A program made the translations under genes and the position numbers. A DNA stretch of 64,000 nucleotides, from assembly GCA_964411255.1 (NCBI GenBank), contig CAYPKD010000005.1, forward strand, positions 5,547-69,546. The letters run 5' to 3'. Source of the stretch: an uncultured Gammaproteobacteria bacterium. Lineage in GTDB: Bacteria; Patescibacteriota; Patescibacteriia; UBA11705; DATKZF01. Below are positions 26,095 to 34,739 of the stretch, piece by piece (the stretch's first letter is position 1; every line of letters begins with the position of its first letter). Below the pieces are notes generated by a model. That model was not told where the DNA came from. It saw nothing but the letters and a program-made list of their open reading frames with translations, and made no database searches.

Positions 26095-27213
26095 TTAATT
26101 CAGAAGAGAATTATATATTTGCAATGTCCTTTCCGCGCATTTTTGCCAGGAATATTTTTTTGTTTGCTCAAATCCTTTGTTAATCAGATTCTGTTTTTTA
26201 TTTTCATCTGAAATAACCTGATACATTTTATCAGCCATTTCATTTGGGTTTTTAGGATCAAAATATTCTGCTGCATTTCCTAATACTTCTGGCAGACTTG
26301 AGGTATTTGATGAAACTACTGGTGTGCCGCAAGCCATTGCTTCAATACCGATTAGGCCAAAGCCTTCAATAAAAGAAGGAATGACATAAATGTCTGCTGC
26401 ATTATAAAATACCGGTAAATCCTTATTAGAAATAAATCCTGGTCTAATAATATCTTTTTCTAAGCCAAGCTTTTCCCAGGTTTGGCGCACTTCAGGATAA
26501 TGAGGATCTTCATTGCCGCCAATAACCAGTTGATAGTCCAGATTATACTTGTTTTTCAAAACATGAAAAGCACGGATTAGGCCAGGTAGATTTTTATGAT
26601 TGCGCCAAACGCCAACATAAAAAATAAAAGGCTTGGATATCCCGTATTTTGCTTTTACTTTATTAATTATACCATAATCTTCTATAACCCGGAAGTCTGA
26701 TTTTACCCCCAAATAAGTCACAGTTATCTTTTTAGCTGGTACTTTAAAATACTTAATTACATCGTTTTTTGTACTTTCTGAAACAGTGATAACTTTTTTG
26801 GCCCGAGTGACTGAATTTTTAAAAACAAAACGAAATCCATGTCTTCTTACCCATGATGACATTCGATGACCTGGAAAATGATGTGGAGTGACATCATGAA
26901 TAGTGACAACTGATGGCTTAAAATAAAAAAATGGCGAATTAAAATGCGGATAATGAATAATATCAATTTCTTCCTTTAAAAATTGGAGTGGCAATAATAC
27001 TTGCTCAGCATAGCTATACCAGCGGGGAGTTACTTTTACTTTTGTTACATTTTCGTTAAAAACCTGAAATTCAGAAAATTGCGGTTCTCGCAAATACAAA
27101 ATATATTGATTATTCTTATCAATTTTAAAAAGATTGTCTGTTAGATTTTTAATATAATTGCCAATGCCAGTTTGGGCTGAGCCATACATTCTGGCATCGA
27201 TTCCTATTTTCAT
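26095..27213 (-). CDS. Glycosyltransferase family 4
   Basis: GT-B C-terminal EGFGLIGIEAMACGTPVV motif. Confidence 0.9.
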   Translation of the reverse strand: MKIGIDARMYGSAQTGIGNYIKNLTDNLFKIDKNNQYILYLREPQFSEFQVFNENVTKVKVTPRWYSYAEQVLLPLQFLKEEIDIIHYPHFNSPFFYFKPSVVTIHDVTPHHFPGHRMSSWVRRHGFRFVFKNSVTRAKKVITVSESTKNDVIKYFKVPAKKITVTYLGVKSDFRVIEDYGIINKVKAKYGISKPFIFYVGVWRNHKNLPGLIRAFHVLKNKYNLDYQLVIGGNEDPHYPEVRQTWEKLGLEKDIIRPGFISNKDLPVFYNAADIYVIPSFIEGFGLIGIEAMACGTPVVSSNTSSLPEVLGNAAEYFDPKNPNEMADKMYQVISDENKKQNLINKGFEQTKKYSWQKCAERTLQIYNSLLN

Positions 27214-27420
27214 AAAATTATGAATAATTATAAATGAAATGAATGCTTATTTATTACAAATAATTATGAATTATCTATTACGAAACTACAAATCAACTAC
27301 ATAAACTACGAAAGCCAGGGTTTGTAACTGCGAAAGATAAATTATAGATTGATTTGTAAATTTATTGCTAGTATGTTAATTTTACCAAAAAGAGGATCTT
27401 TATAAAAGGAGAGTAGGAAA

Positions 27421-27753
27421 ATGAGACAGATGCCCTGGGAAAAAGTGAAAGGAAATTTGTTTTTTTTATTAAAACCTGATACTGAACCAACCTATGTTAT
27501 GAGAAATGGTGTACCAACAGCTATTATAATGGGCATTAATTATTTTAAACGATTAGAAATAGCCGAGGTGACAAGATTATCTTTGATAGAGTTGAGAGAA
27601 TATTTTAGCAAATGGTCGCAAAGATCATCAAAGGCAGCGATTGTATCTGTAAATAAAAAGGAAATGATGGCTATTATGGGAATTAATTTTTACAGGATGA
27701 AAACAAGAGCTTTTAAGGTAATAGATGGTGGAAAAAATAAAACTTCTGGATAA
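27421..27753 (+). CDS. 110-aa protein with two tandem Phd/YefM-antitoxin-like half-domains
   Basis: SD AAAGGAGAG. Internal duplication PTAIIMGINYFKRLE / MMAIMGINFYRMK. Confidence 0.55.
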   Translation: MRQMPWEKVKGNLFFLLKPDTEPTYVMRNGVPTAIIMGINYFKRLEIAEVTRLSLIELREYFSKWSQRSSKAAIVSVNKKEMMAIMGINFYRMKTRAFKVIDGGKNKTSG

Positions 27754-27767
27754 AATCTGGGAGTTTT

Positions 27768-28907
27768 TTATTCATTGATTGTTTTAAAAAAATTTTCTGC
27801 TGTTTGTTGCCAATTGAATTTTTGCACCTGGACAGATCCTTTGCCAATCAGATTTGCCCGTAAATTATTGTCACCTAAAATTTCTTTAATTGCCCAAAAA
27901 ATTTCATTAATATTATACGGATCAATAAACAGAGCTGTATTTTCGCAAATTTCAGTCAGTGATGAAGTGTGGCTGGTAATTACCGGTGTTCTGCAAGCCA
28001 TTGCTTCAAGTGGTGGAAATCCAAATCCTTCATAATATGAGGGATAGATAAAAATATCTGACAAATTATAAATATAAGGCTTGTCTTCAATGTCAATATA
28101 GCCTGGGAAAAAGATTTCGTTTTCCAATTTTAATGTTTGAATTAAATTAAATATTTCATTATATTTCCAGCCTTTGGCACCGGCGATTACCAGTTTATGG
28201 GGGAAATTTGTTTTTTTCTTTAATAATGCAAATGCTTCAACTAGTGACTCAATGTTTTTTCTTGGCTCAAGCGTGCCCAGGCTTAGAATAAATTTGTCAG
28301 GTAAATTGTATTTTTGTTTTATTTCTCCTTTTTTATCTTTTGAAAAATTAATATTTACACCAGAATAGACAACTTCTATTTTATTTGGATTAATATTATA
28401 TAAATCTATTAAATCGCGTTTAGTATTTTCTGAAACAGCAATTATTTTATGTGCATTTTTAAAAATTTGCCTGCAATCAATTGATTTATGCCAGATTCTT
28501 CTTTTTAAAGAATAAAAATATGGAAATATTTCAAAAGACAGATCATGGGCGGTTATAATATACTTTCCAATGGGTGATATTGATAAAAAGTTAATGTTTG
28601 GGAAAAAAAACATATCAACTTTTTTATTATATTTGGACAGAATCAGAGAGTCTAAAAAAGGACGTTCAAAAATCTTAATACAAGCATTTAATATTTTATT
28701 TGGGTAAGTAAATTCACACAAAGTTATATTATCCTGGCAGAGGCCGTTAATATGTTTCAGATAAGGTTCTCTTTTATTATAAAATAAAAAATATTGATTT
28801 TGAGAATCAATATTAAAAAGATATTTTAATAAATTAAAAGTATATTCGCCAACTCCAGTCAGTTTTTTTTCCATTAATGATCGAACATCAATGGCAATGT
28901 TTTTCAT
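27768..28907 (-). CDS. Glycosyltransferase family 4
   Basis: EGFGFPPLEAMACRTPVI motif. Confidence 0.9.
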   Translation of the reverse strand: MKNIAIDVRSLMEKKLTGVGEYTFNLLKYLFNIDSQNQYFLFYNKREPYLKHINGLCQDNITLCEFTYPNKILNACIKIFERPFLDSLILSKYNKKVDMFFFPNINFLSISPIGKYIITAHDLSFEIFPYFYSLKRRIWHKSIDCRQIFKNAHKIIAVSENTKRDLIDLYNINPNKIEVVYSGVNINFSKDKKGEIKQKYNLPDKFILSLGTLEPRKNIESLVEAFALLKKKTNFPHKLVIAGAKGWKYNEIFNLIQTLKLENEIFFPGYIDIEDKPYIYNLSDIFIYPSYYEGFGFPPLEAMACRTPVITSHTSSLTEICENTALFIDPYNINEIFWAIKEILGDNNLRANLIGKGSVQVQKFNWQQTAENFFKTINE

Positions 28908-28911
28908 ACTT

Positions 28912-30015
28912 TTATCTGCTAGAAATAAAATAGTTATCCTGTTTTATGACTTCTTTTATTTTTTTCTTAAATTGCTCAGTATCAAACTGCAGGGCATGAT
29001 TTCGGATCTGCTCTGAATCAAAATGAAATTTTTTAAAATGCAAAATTTGATAAGCTAAATCTTCCCAATTTTGCTCTTTGAAAAAAAGTCCGGTCTGGGC
29101 ATCAATAATTGTATCTAAAGCGCCGCCAGCCTGATAAGCTATAACTGGCCGGCCAGAGGCCATTGCTTCAACAGCAGTGATGCCAAAGTCTTCTTCCTGC
29201 GGATTAATAAACGCCTGGCAGCTGGCATAGAGTTCAGCTTTTTTAGCATCAGTTACATTTCCTAAAAATTCAACATTTTTCTTTGCCATTTTTTTTAATC
29301 TGCTGTAATCAGGACCAGTACCAAAAATTTTTAAGGGCATATTTAATCGATTAAAAGCCGTAACAGTTAAATCAAATCGTTTATAAGGCACAAGTCTGCC
29401 GCCAGTTAAAAAATAATTTTTCGGAGTATTATTTATATAAAATTTTGAGGTTTCAACTGGTGGATATATCACCAGGCTATCCTGTCCATAGTATTTTTTA
29501 ATTCTTTTTCTGACTGTATTTGAATTTGCAATAAACAAATCAACCCGGTCAGCTGCCAGTTTATCCCACATGCGCAGTTTGCTTAAAGCTAATGGCAGGA
29601 ATTTTTTTATCAATCGGTTTTGTTTCAGGTTTTCAACATAAGTCTGGCTGTCAGTCCAGAGGTAGCGGGTGGGAGTATGGCAATAGCAAATATGTTTTGT
29701 GTTTGGTTTGGTGATAATCCCTTTAGCAAAGGCTGAGGAGCTGGAAATTACAGTATCAAAATTTGATAAATCATAATTTTCAGTAGCTGCTGGCATCCAC
29801 AAAAGAAACCATTGGTATTTTCTAATGCCTAAGGGCAGTTTTTGCAAAAATGACGGATTAACCTGCTTTTCTTTCATGTCATCATTCATTTTTTTCTTAT
29901 CATAAACCAGGGTATATATTGGACTTTGCGGAAAAACATCATGTAAAGTACGCAAAACTTTTTCAGCTCCGCCTTCTTGGGTCAGGTGATCATGTACTAA
30001 TGCAATTTTTGCCAT
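28912..30015 (-). CDS. Glycosyltransferase family 4
   Basis: EDFGITAVEAMASGRPVIA motif. Confidence 0.9.
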   Translation of the reverse strand: MAKIALVHDHLTQEGGAEKVLRTLHDVFPQSPIYTLVYDKKKMNDDMKEKQVNPSFLQKLPLGIRKYQWFLLWMPAATENYDLSNFDTVISSSSAFAKGIITKPNTKHICYCHTPTRYLWTDSQTYVENLKQNRLIKKFLPLALSKLRMWDKLAADRVDLFIANSNTVRKRIKKYYGQDSLVIYPPVETSKFYINNTPKNYFLTGGRLVPYKRFDLTVTAFNRLNMPLKIFGTGPDYSRLKKMAKKNVEFLGNVTDAKKAELYASCQAFINPQEEDFGITAVEAMASGRPVIAYQAGGALDTIIDAQTGLFFKEQNWEDLAYQILHFKKFHFDSEQIRNHALQFDTEQFKKKIKEVIKQDNYFISSR

Positions 30016-30087
30016 AAAAAGTCAAATTTTTGTGTAAAATAAGAGAATTTCTACTGATAGTATAGCTGAAAATTGATAATTTTGGAA

Positions 30088-30195
30088 GAAAACAGATATT
30101 AATTTGTTTCCGTTTTATATCTGTTGCTATCCGCTTGCCCCGAGCGACCTGTCCTGAGCGAAGTCGAAGGAAGTTGAGGCGTTGATCCGTTTCTA
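30088..30195 (+). repeat. Shared intergenic hairpin element, copy 3 (5' arm deleted, no downstream ORF)
   Basis: AAAACAGAT..TTCCGTTTTATATCTGTTGCTATCCGC.., insertion CGAGCGACCTGTCCTGAGCGAAGTCGAAGG, then GTTGATCCGTTT. Confidence 0.65.
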
Positions 30196-30230
30196 TTAAA
30201 AAACTCTGCATTATTGTAATACAGAGTTAA

Positions 30231-31943
30231 TTATCGGCGTTCACACATGATCCTTGCTTCTTCATAGACTGGTGAATCAGATGGCAATTGCTGTAAGATT
30301 TTTTCAATTTTGCCATCACCATAAGCAGACATTTCAGCTAATTCTCCTAGTGCCCAAATTCTATTATTATTATCTAATTTTTCATTTAATATTAACTGTT
30401 CAAAAGCTTGCTCATCATCAAATTGTCCAATTCTACTGAGAACATCAGTTAATAAATCATTGTCAAATCCACCTAATTCAACATTTTCATTTAGAATTTT
30501 ATCTAATAATATTAAGAATATTTTAACATTTGAGCAATGCTCAATCAATGAAAATTTATACTGATATTCTTCAGTAAGATCTATATCTTCATCATCATCA
30601 TGTAATTGTAGATCTAAGATATCTTTTAATAATTCAAGATCAGTAATATGTTCAGTAACAACCACAGGACGCAAATTACATTCTTCGGTTAAAGCTTTTT
30701 TTAACCATTTAAATAAAATATTTTGGTCTATAAATTGAGCCCTATCCAGCATTTGCTCAAAAAGCCAATCATCATTTTGATCTAATGAATGAGAACAAAG
30801 AGTATCTATATTTTTAGATTTTTTTATTCTTTTTATAGCTAATTGACGCAGATCCTGTTCTTCATCCTGATCTGCAGCAATATCGATAAGCAAATCTTCA
30901 TCTTTTACTTTAGCAATTATAAATCTTTTTGCTTTGATTACATCTTCGTTTTCTTCATCTCCACTTTCATTTTCAAATTTTTTGAAAAATTGATAGCAAT
31001 CAGCAAGTACTTCTGGATCTCTGATTTCTATTAAAGCACGATGTCTTACTTTTACGTGCAATTTCATTTTTGATACTAATTCAAATAATTCTTCATCATT
31101 CAAATCTAATCGAGTTATAGCTTCTATTTTGTGTACAATGTTAATACCCTGAGTAAAAATCATTCTTTTGACTAAATCTGGATCTTTAATCCGATACATA
31201 ACATCTCTGAATAAATATCCACTTTCTGCCCCAAAGTGTTCGAGGATTGTGAAAAGCAGTTCTTCATCTTGAATTTTGTTCATTGCTACGTTAACATACC
31301 CAGATTTAGTAAATGGAGGTTTTTGCTCTGTCACAAATCGAATAAGAAATAGTTCATCATTGATTTTTTCTATTGCTCTTTTTGTAATATCCTCATCAGT
31401 TGAGTTTTGTGCAATTTCTTTTAGAATATTTTCGTATTCATCATCAATAAAGTCCATTGCCTCACAATTTGCCTGTTCAATTGCCAAATATTTAAATAAA
31501 CCTTGAATTCCATGATAATCCAACATTGCAGTAATTTTTCTATCCCAGGGAATGAAAACAAAAGTTAATTTTCTGTCTTGCAATACTTGTAATTTTAATC
31601 CGCGAGAGGTTTCTCCTAATACCAGACCAATAGTGTAATCATCTTTTTCTGCTGTATCCTGAAAGGACACTATTGTATCAGGTGGAAATAAATAATCATC
31701 AAATCCCAGATCTTCCAGAGTTCTGCTACACATACTTTGAAAAAGTTTAATTGCCACCTTTTTTTGTCTGGGAGTCATTTGTTGATCTGCTTGCAGATCA
31801 ACTCTAACCTGAAGTCCAACATCTGTGTTTGAGATATCGCTTGGTCTATAGCGTTTAATAATTTTTCTGCCAGATTTAGCGACTACTACGGTTCGCCAGA
31901 TTGTATTATCTGAATCTGATGTCCAGAACTGTCGTTCGCTCAT
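30231..31943 (-). CDS. 570-aa alpha-helical repeat protein (HEAT/ARM-like I-x-D-x-x-L-L repeats)
   Basis: SD AAGGAG. Recurring IQDEELLFTILE, IKDPDLVKRMIF, VKDEDLLIDIAADQ..LRQLAIKRI, ITDLELLKDILD. Confidence 0.8.
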   Translation of the reverse strand: MSERQFWTSDSDNTIWRTVVVAKSGRKIIKRYRPSDISNTDVGLQVRVDLQADQQMTPRQKKVAIKLFQSMCSRTLEDLGFDDYLFPPDTIVSFQDTAEKDDYTIGLVLGETSRGLKLQVLQDRKLTFVFIPWDRKITAMLDYHGIQGLFKYLAIEQANCEAMDFIDDEYENILKEIAQNSTDEDITKRAIEKINDELFLIRFVTEQKPPFTKSGYVNVAMNKIQDEELLFTILEHFGAESGYLFRDVMYRIKDPDLVKRMIFTQGINIVHKIEAITRLDLNDEELFELVSKMKLHVKVRHRALIEIRDPEVLADCYQFFKKFENESGDEENEDVIKAKRFIIAKVKDEDLLIDIAADQDEEQDLRQLAIKRIKKSKNIDTLCSHSLDQNDDWLFEQMLDRAQFIDQNILFKWLKKALTEECNLRPVVVTEHITDLELLKDILDLQLHDDDEDIDLTEEYQYKFSLIEHCSNVKIFLILLDKILNENVELGGFDNDLLTDVLSRIGQFDDEQAFEQLILNEKLDNNNRIWALGELAEMSAYGDGKIEKILQQLPSDSPVYEEARIMCERR

Positions 31944-32191
31944 TAGCTTCTCCTTATGGCAGGTTTGTTATTAAGCAAGCGTCCTTGCAAAGCAGGGCTG
32001 TCCAGCAGAGATGACTGGATAGCAAAATACAGGTCCCAAAAGGGAAAATTGTAAATGTGCAGGCCTTCTTGACGTCTCAAGAAAAGGCAAAAATAAATGA
32101 AAAATCACTTGCTTTTGCCTTTTCTTGTTTGAGTAAAGTTAACATTTAATATTGCTAGTGTCAAGCATGTATATAAATAAAATAGCCTTTT

Positions 32192-32351
32192 AAAAAACAG
32201 GCCCGTTAGGCCTGATTTAATCTTTTTCAATTTCGGCTTGTGCCGACCTACTTTTTGCTGCCAAAAAGTAGGCAAAAAGCACTGGGGGGCTTCAAATGCG
32301 AAGCAACGATTAAGTTTGAGGATCGCCCCAAGGGCAATCAGCCCCCCAGAC
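32192..32351 (-). ncRNA. Candidate about 160-nt small RNA (unknown family)
   Basis: Weak promoter (TTGTAA, 15 nt, TAGAAT at 32357-32383). 10-bp closing stem 32282-32291/32340-32349 with two inner hairpins. 11-bp hairpin CCTACTTTTTG/CAAAAAGTAGG. TCGGC-ACAA-GCCGA. Terminator CAGGCC-TAACG-GGCCTG plus TTTTTT. Confidence 0.4.
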
Positions 32352-32385
32352 CCCCGATTCTATTGACGAATTATTTTTTACAAAA

Positions 32386-32412
32386 GACCACCAGTTTCCT
32401 GGTGGCTTTTAT
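32386..32412. terminator. Bidirectional Rho-independent terminator
   Basis: GACCACCAG-TTTC-CTGGTGGC, with T-runs on both strands, directly after the stop of 32409..32744. Confidence 0.7.
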
Positions 32413-32744
32413 TCTAATTCCTTTCTCAATTTTTTTATTTCTGCTTCAGTATCTTTTGATTTATCTTGTTTTTTTACATCTATTATTCTTTGAGTTAACA
32501 TTTGTTGTGATTTTGCCAGAGCTGCTTGACGATTTGTTTTTATTTGTTCATGCATTTTTTTAGCTTCTGCTACTTGTTTTTGAGCCAGTTCTTCAAGTTC
32601 TTGAGGAGTTTTTGTTTGCATTTCAATAATTAAGTTTAATTCATCTTCAGTCAGATCTTTAGCCATTGAAAGCAACTTGTCTTTTTTTGCTTTTGGCAAA
32701 TTTGATTTTTTTATTTGAGTAATTATTTTCTTTTTTTTATCCAT
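32409..32744 (-). CDS. 111-aa Lys/Glu-rich coiled-coil protein
   Basis: Start is 1 nt from the upstream stop (translational coupling). No family recognised. Confidence 0.65.
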   Translation of the reverse strand: MDKKKKIITQIKKSNLPKAKKDKLLSMAKDLTEDELNLIIEMQTKTPQELEELAQKQVAEAKKMHEQIKTNRQAALAKSQQMLTQRIIDVKKQDKSKDTEAEIKKLRKELE

Positions 32745-32745
32745 A

Positions 32746-33111
32746 TTAAATTGCTTGGGCTATTCTCATAAGCTGACCAGTAATATAAATTGCTTTTGAC
32801 AATCTTTTATGCTCTCGAACCCAGTTGTTAAATTTAGCTCTGTTGGCATTGGCTTCATCTCTTATGTTCTCTTCGGCTAACTGGGATATTTCCAAAACGC
32901 GCTCATCGTCTTCATCTACACCCAGATCTTCAGCCAGTTGAGCAGGATCTCCTTCCCATATGTTACTCTCTTCAAATTTTTTTAATTCTTCTTCTGATAA
33001 TTCTTCAAGCTCGCCGCTTTCCAGCATTTCAAAAAAATTCTGCTCTTCTTCAGGAGTAGATATTTGTTCTGGAGCTTCAAGCTCAGGTTGTAATTGTTCT
33101 ATATCAACCAT
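32746..33111 (-). CDS. 121-aa strongly acidic protein
   Basis: No SD. A -10-like TATACT ends 9 nt before the ATG (possible leaderless mRNA). No family recognised. Confidence 0.6.
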   Translation of the reverse strand: MVDIEQLQPELEAPEQISTPEEEQNFFEMLESGELEELSEEELKKFEESNIWEGDPAQLAEDLGVDEDDERVLEISQLAEENIRDEANANRAKFNNWVREHKRLSKAIYITGQLMRIAQAI

Positions 33112-33140
33112 ACGATATTAGTATAACATATTACATTTTA

Positions 33141-33350
33141 CAAACAAAAAACAGCCTGCCAAAGAGACTGTTTTTTGATATTATCATTGGGATTACTGAT
33201 TTGATATTACTCTAACATCACACTGTTGCCAAGAAAAGATAGTTGGAGAGAGGTTTAAAGAACATCTATCTCTTTTGGCAAGCAGTGTGATGCCAAAGTT
33301 TGTTTACAAACTCCAGAGGAATTAGGAGCAGATGAGTGCTCCTAAAGGAA
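33141..33350 (-). ncRNA. Hairpin-dense 3' UTR or candidate sRNA downstream of the DHH-like gene
   Basis: AGGAGCA-GATGA-GTGCTCCT, AGTTTG-TTTA-CAAACT, a long imperfect hairpin 33216-33242/33266-33292 (about 23 bp), then terminator 33146-33176 with T-run on the minus strand. Confidence 0.4.
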
Positions 33351-33353
33351 AGA

Positions 33354-34199
33354 TTAGGAAAAGAGAGAATTGGCAGTTTCTGCCAGTTTGACAGGATCTA
33401 CGTTGGAAGGACTGGTAGCCGGAGCCTTTCTGGTACCGCGACTGAAAAGAAATCCTGAAGAATGGGCAAACCATTGATCCAGTTCACCCTGCTGTTCAAC
33501 TATTTCTCGAAGCTGGGGATGATCCATGCGCAAAGTCTGTGATCCCTCGCGGAAAATACCCAGACTATGGCCGTCTACGTAGACAATGGCTTTTACACCA
33601 CGCTCAAACAAAACATATGAGGTGGCGCAGTGTCGCATGTTTCTGAGAATAGCCACATTGTCTCCAGGCAAAATTTCAGCCTCATTAGCTTCAATCTTAG
33701 CCATTTGACGGGATCGGCCAGCTTTCAGCATACCATCAAAGATTTCTGACATGCATTCGATAACAGTATCGTCCCGGCCAGGAAAAATAGACTGGAAAGC
33801 ACGAAGTACTGAATTGATGCCGGTCAGCGAGAAGATTTGCTGCGCTTCATCATTGATTTCAGGCGCCAGGAATTTGACAGCAGAGCCATGAGCATCCTGG
33901 GCATCAATGAATGTAACCAGCGGAGCAAGAGCTTCCTGGTCATTTTTTGAAGCCAGTTTTGAAATGATAGTGGCAAAACAGGAATGTACTGTGCCATCAT
34001 CATCTTTTTTGCCTTTTACTCCTTTGCCGCCAGCTTCAATGTCAACGGCAACAGCTTTATCCTCATTGAGTCCAGTCCCGTCCCAGTTAGCTGGGCGGAA
34101 ACAAACTTCAGCATCCATGTATGCTTCAGCAAAAGTACGGATAGCCCATACAGATGCCACCGCATCAAGGTCCACGTTCATGTGGGTAAAAATTTTCAT
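33354..34199 (-). CDS. DHH-superfamily-like phosphoesterase (divergent)
   Basis: SD AAAGAGAGG. Motif I-like THMNVDLDAVAS, AVAVDIEAGG, FIDAQDAHG (DHH appears as DAH), FAHSSGF near the C-terminus. Confidence 0.55.
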   Translation of the reverse strand: MKIFTHMNVDLDAVASVWAIRTFAEAYMDAEVCFRPANWDGTGLNEDKAVAVDIEAGGKGVKGKKDDDGTVHSCFATIISKLASKNDQEALAPLVTFIDAQDAHGSAVKFLAPEINDEAQQIFSLTGINSVLRAFQSIFPGRDDTVIECMSEIFDGMLKAGRSRQMAKIEANEAEILPGDNVAILRNMRHCATSYVLFERGVKAIVYVDGHSLGIFREGSQTLRMDHPQLREIVEQQGELDQWFAHSSGFLFSRGTRKAPATSPSNVDPVKLAETANSLFS

Positions 34200-34317
34200 T
34201 TTCGCCTCTCTTTGTTGTGAAAAATTTCCTCTGGAATTTGCAAATTTTTAATTAACACTCTTCGAAATTTATTAAAAGTTAATAAATTTTGGAGAGCGAA
34301 GGAATTTTGTAATTCCT

Positions 34318-34635
34318 TCAGATTTGAGGTAGCGGCCAAAGCTGACGAAGCTGTTTGTCAAAGAATTCGTAAGCTTCAAAATCAGCACCGCAAAGTGTGA
34401 GTTTTGCAATTACTGGTATGAGTTGATTGTGCTCTGCTTTATTGGTGATTACGACATATGAATGGTAAGCAGAGGGATTGAAGTCATTGATTATGACATA
34501 GTCCAGTTTATCTGGCGGGGTCATCCAGTGTGAATCAATGGTAATAACCTGATCAAACTGAAAGCCTTCTTGTCTGGCTAGATCAATGATTTCAGTTGTG
34601 ATTGAACCGAACCAGAACTGGATCAGTATTTTCAC
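34318..34635 (-). CDS. 105-aa hypothetical protein
   Basis: Start re-assigned to GTG 34635, with AAAGGAG 6 nt upstream. The track's ATG at 34698 has no SD. Confidence 0.6.
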   Translation of the reverse strand: MKILIQFWFGSITTEIIDLARQEGFQFDQVITIDSHWMTPPDKLDYVIINDFNPSAYHSYVVITNKAEHNQLIPVIAKLTLCGADFEAYEFFDKQLRQLWPLPQI

Positions 34636-34739
34636 TGAAAGCTCCTTTTTAAAAAAATTTGAAAAAAAACACTCGAATCTAACAAGAGATCCAAGCATTT
34701 TTTCGTACGAAAGTCCGCTTAAGACTCTCTTTCAAAATT

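Noticed and set aside
32282-32349. Possible tmRNA or tRNA-like gene, suggested by GGGGGGCTGATT.. and a TTCAAAT-containing hairpin.
   Set aside because: The closing stem encloses only about 48 nt. There is no tag reading frame, no T-arm with complementary stem, no CCA-proximal acceptor geometry and no D or anticodon arms of the correct size. It is kept only as part of an unknown sRNA candidate.
32240-32563. 107-aa plus-strand ORF.
   Set aside because: It runs through the sRNA candidate and terminator and then antisense into 32409..32744. It has no SD and an implausible composition.
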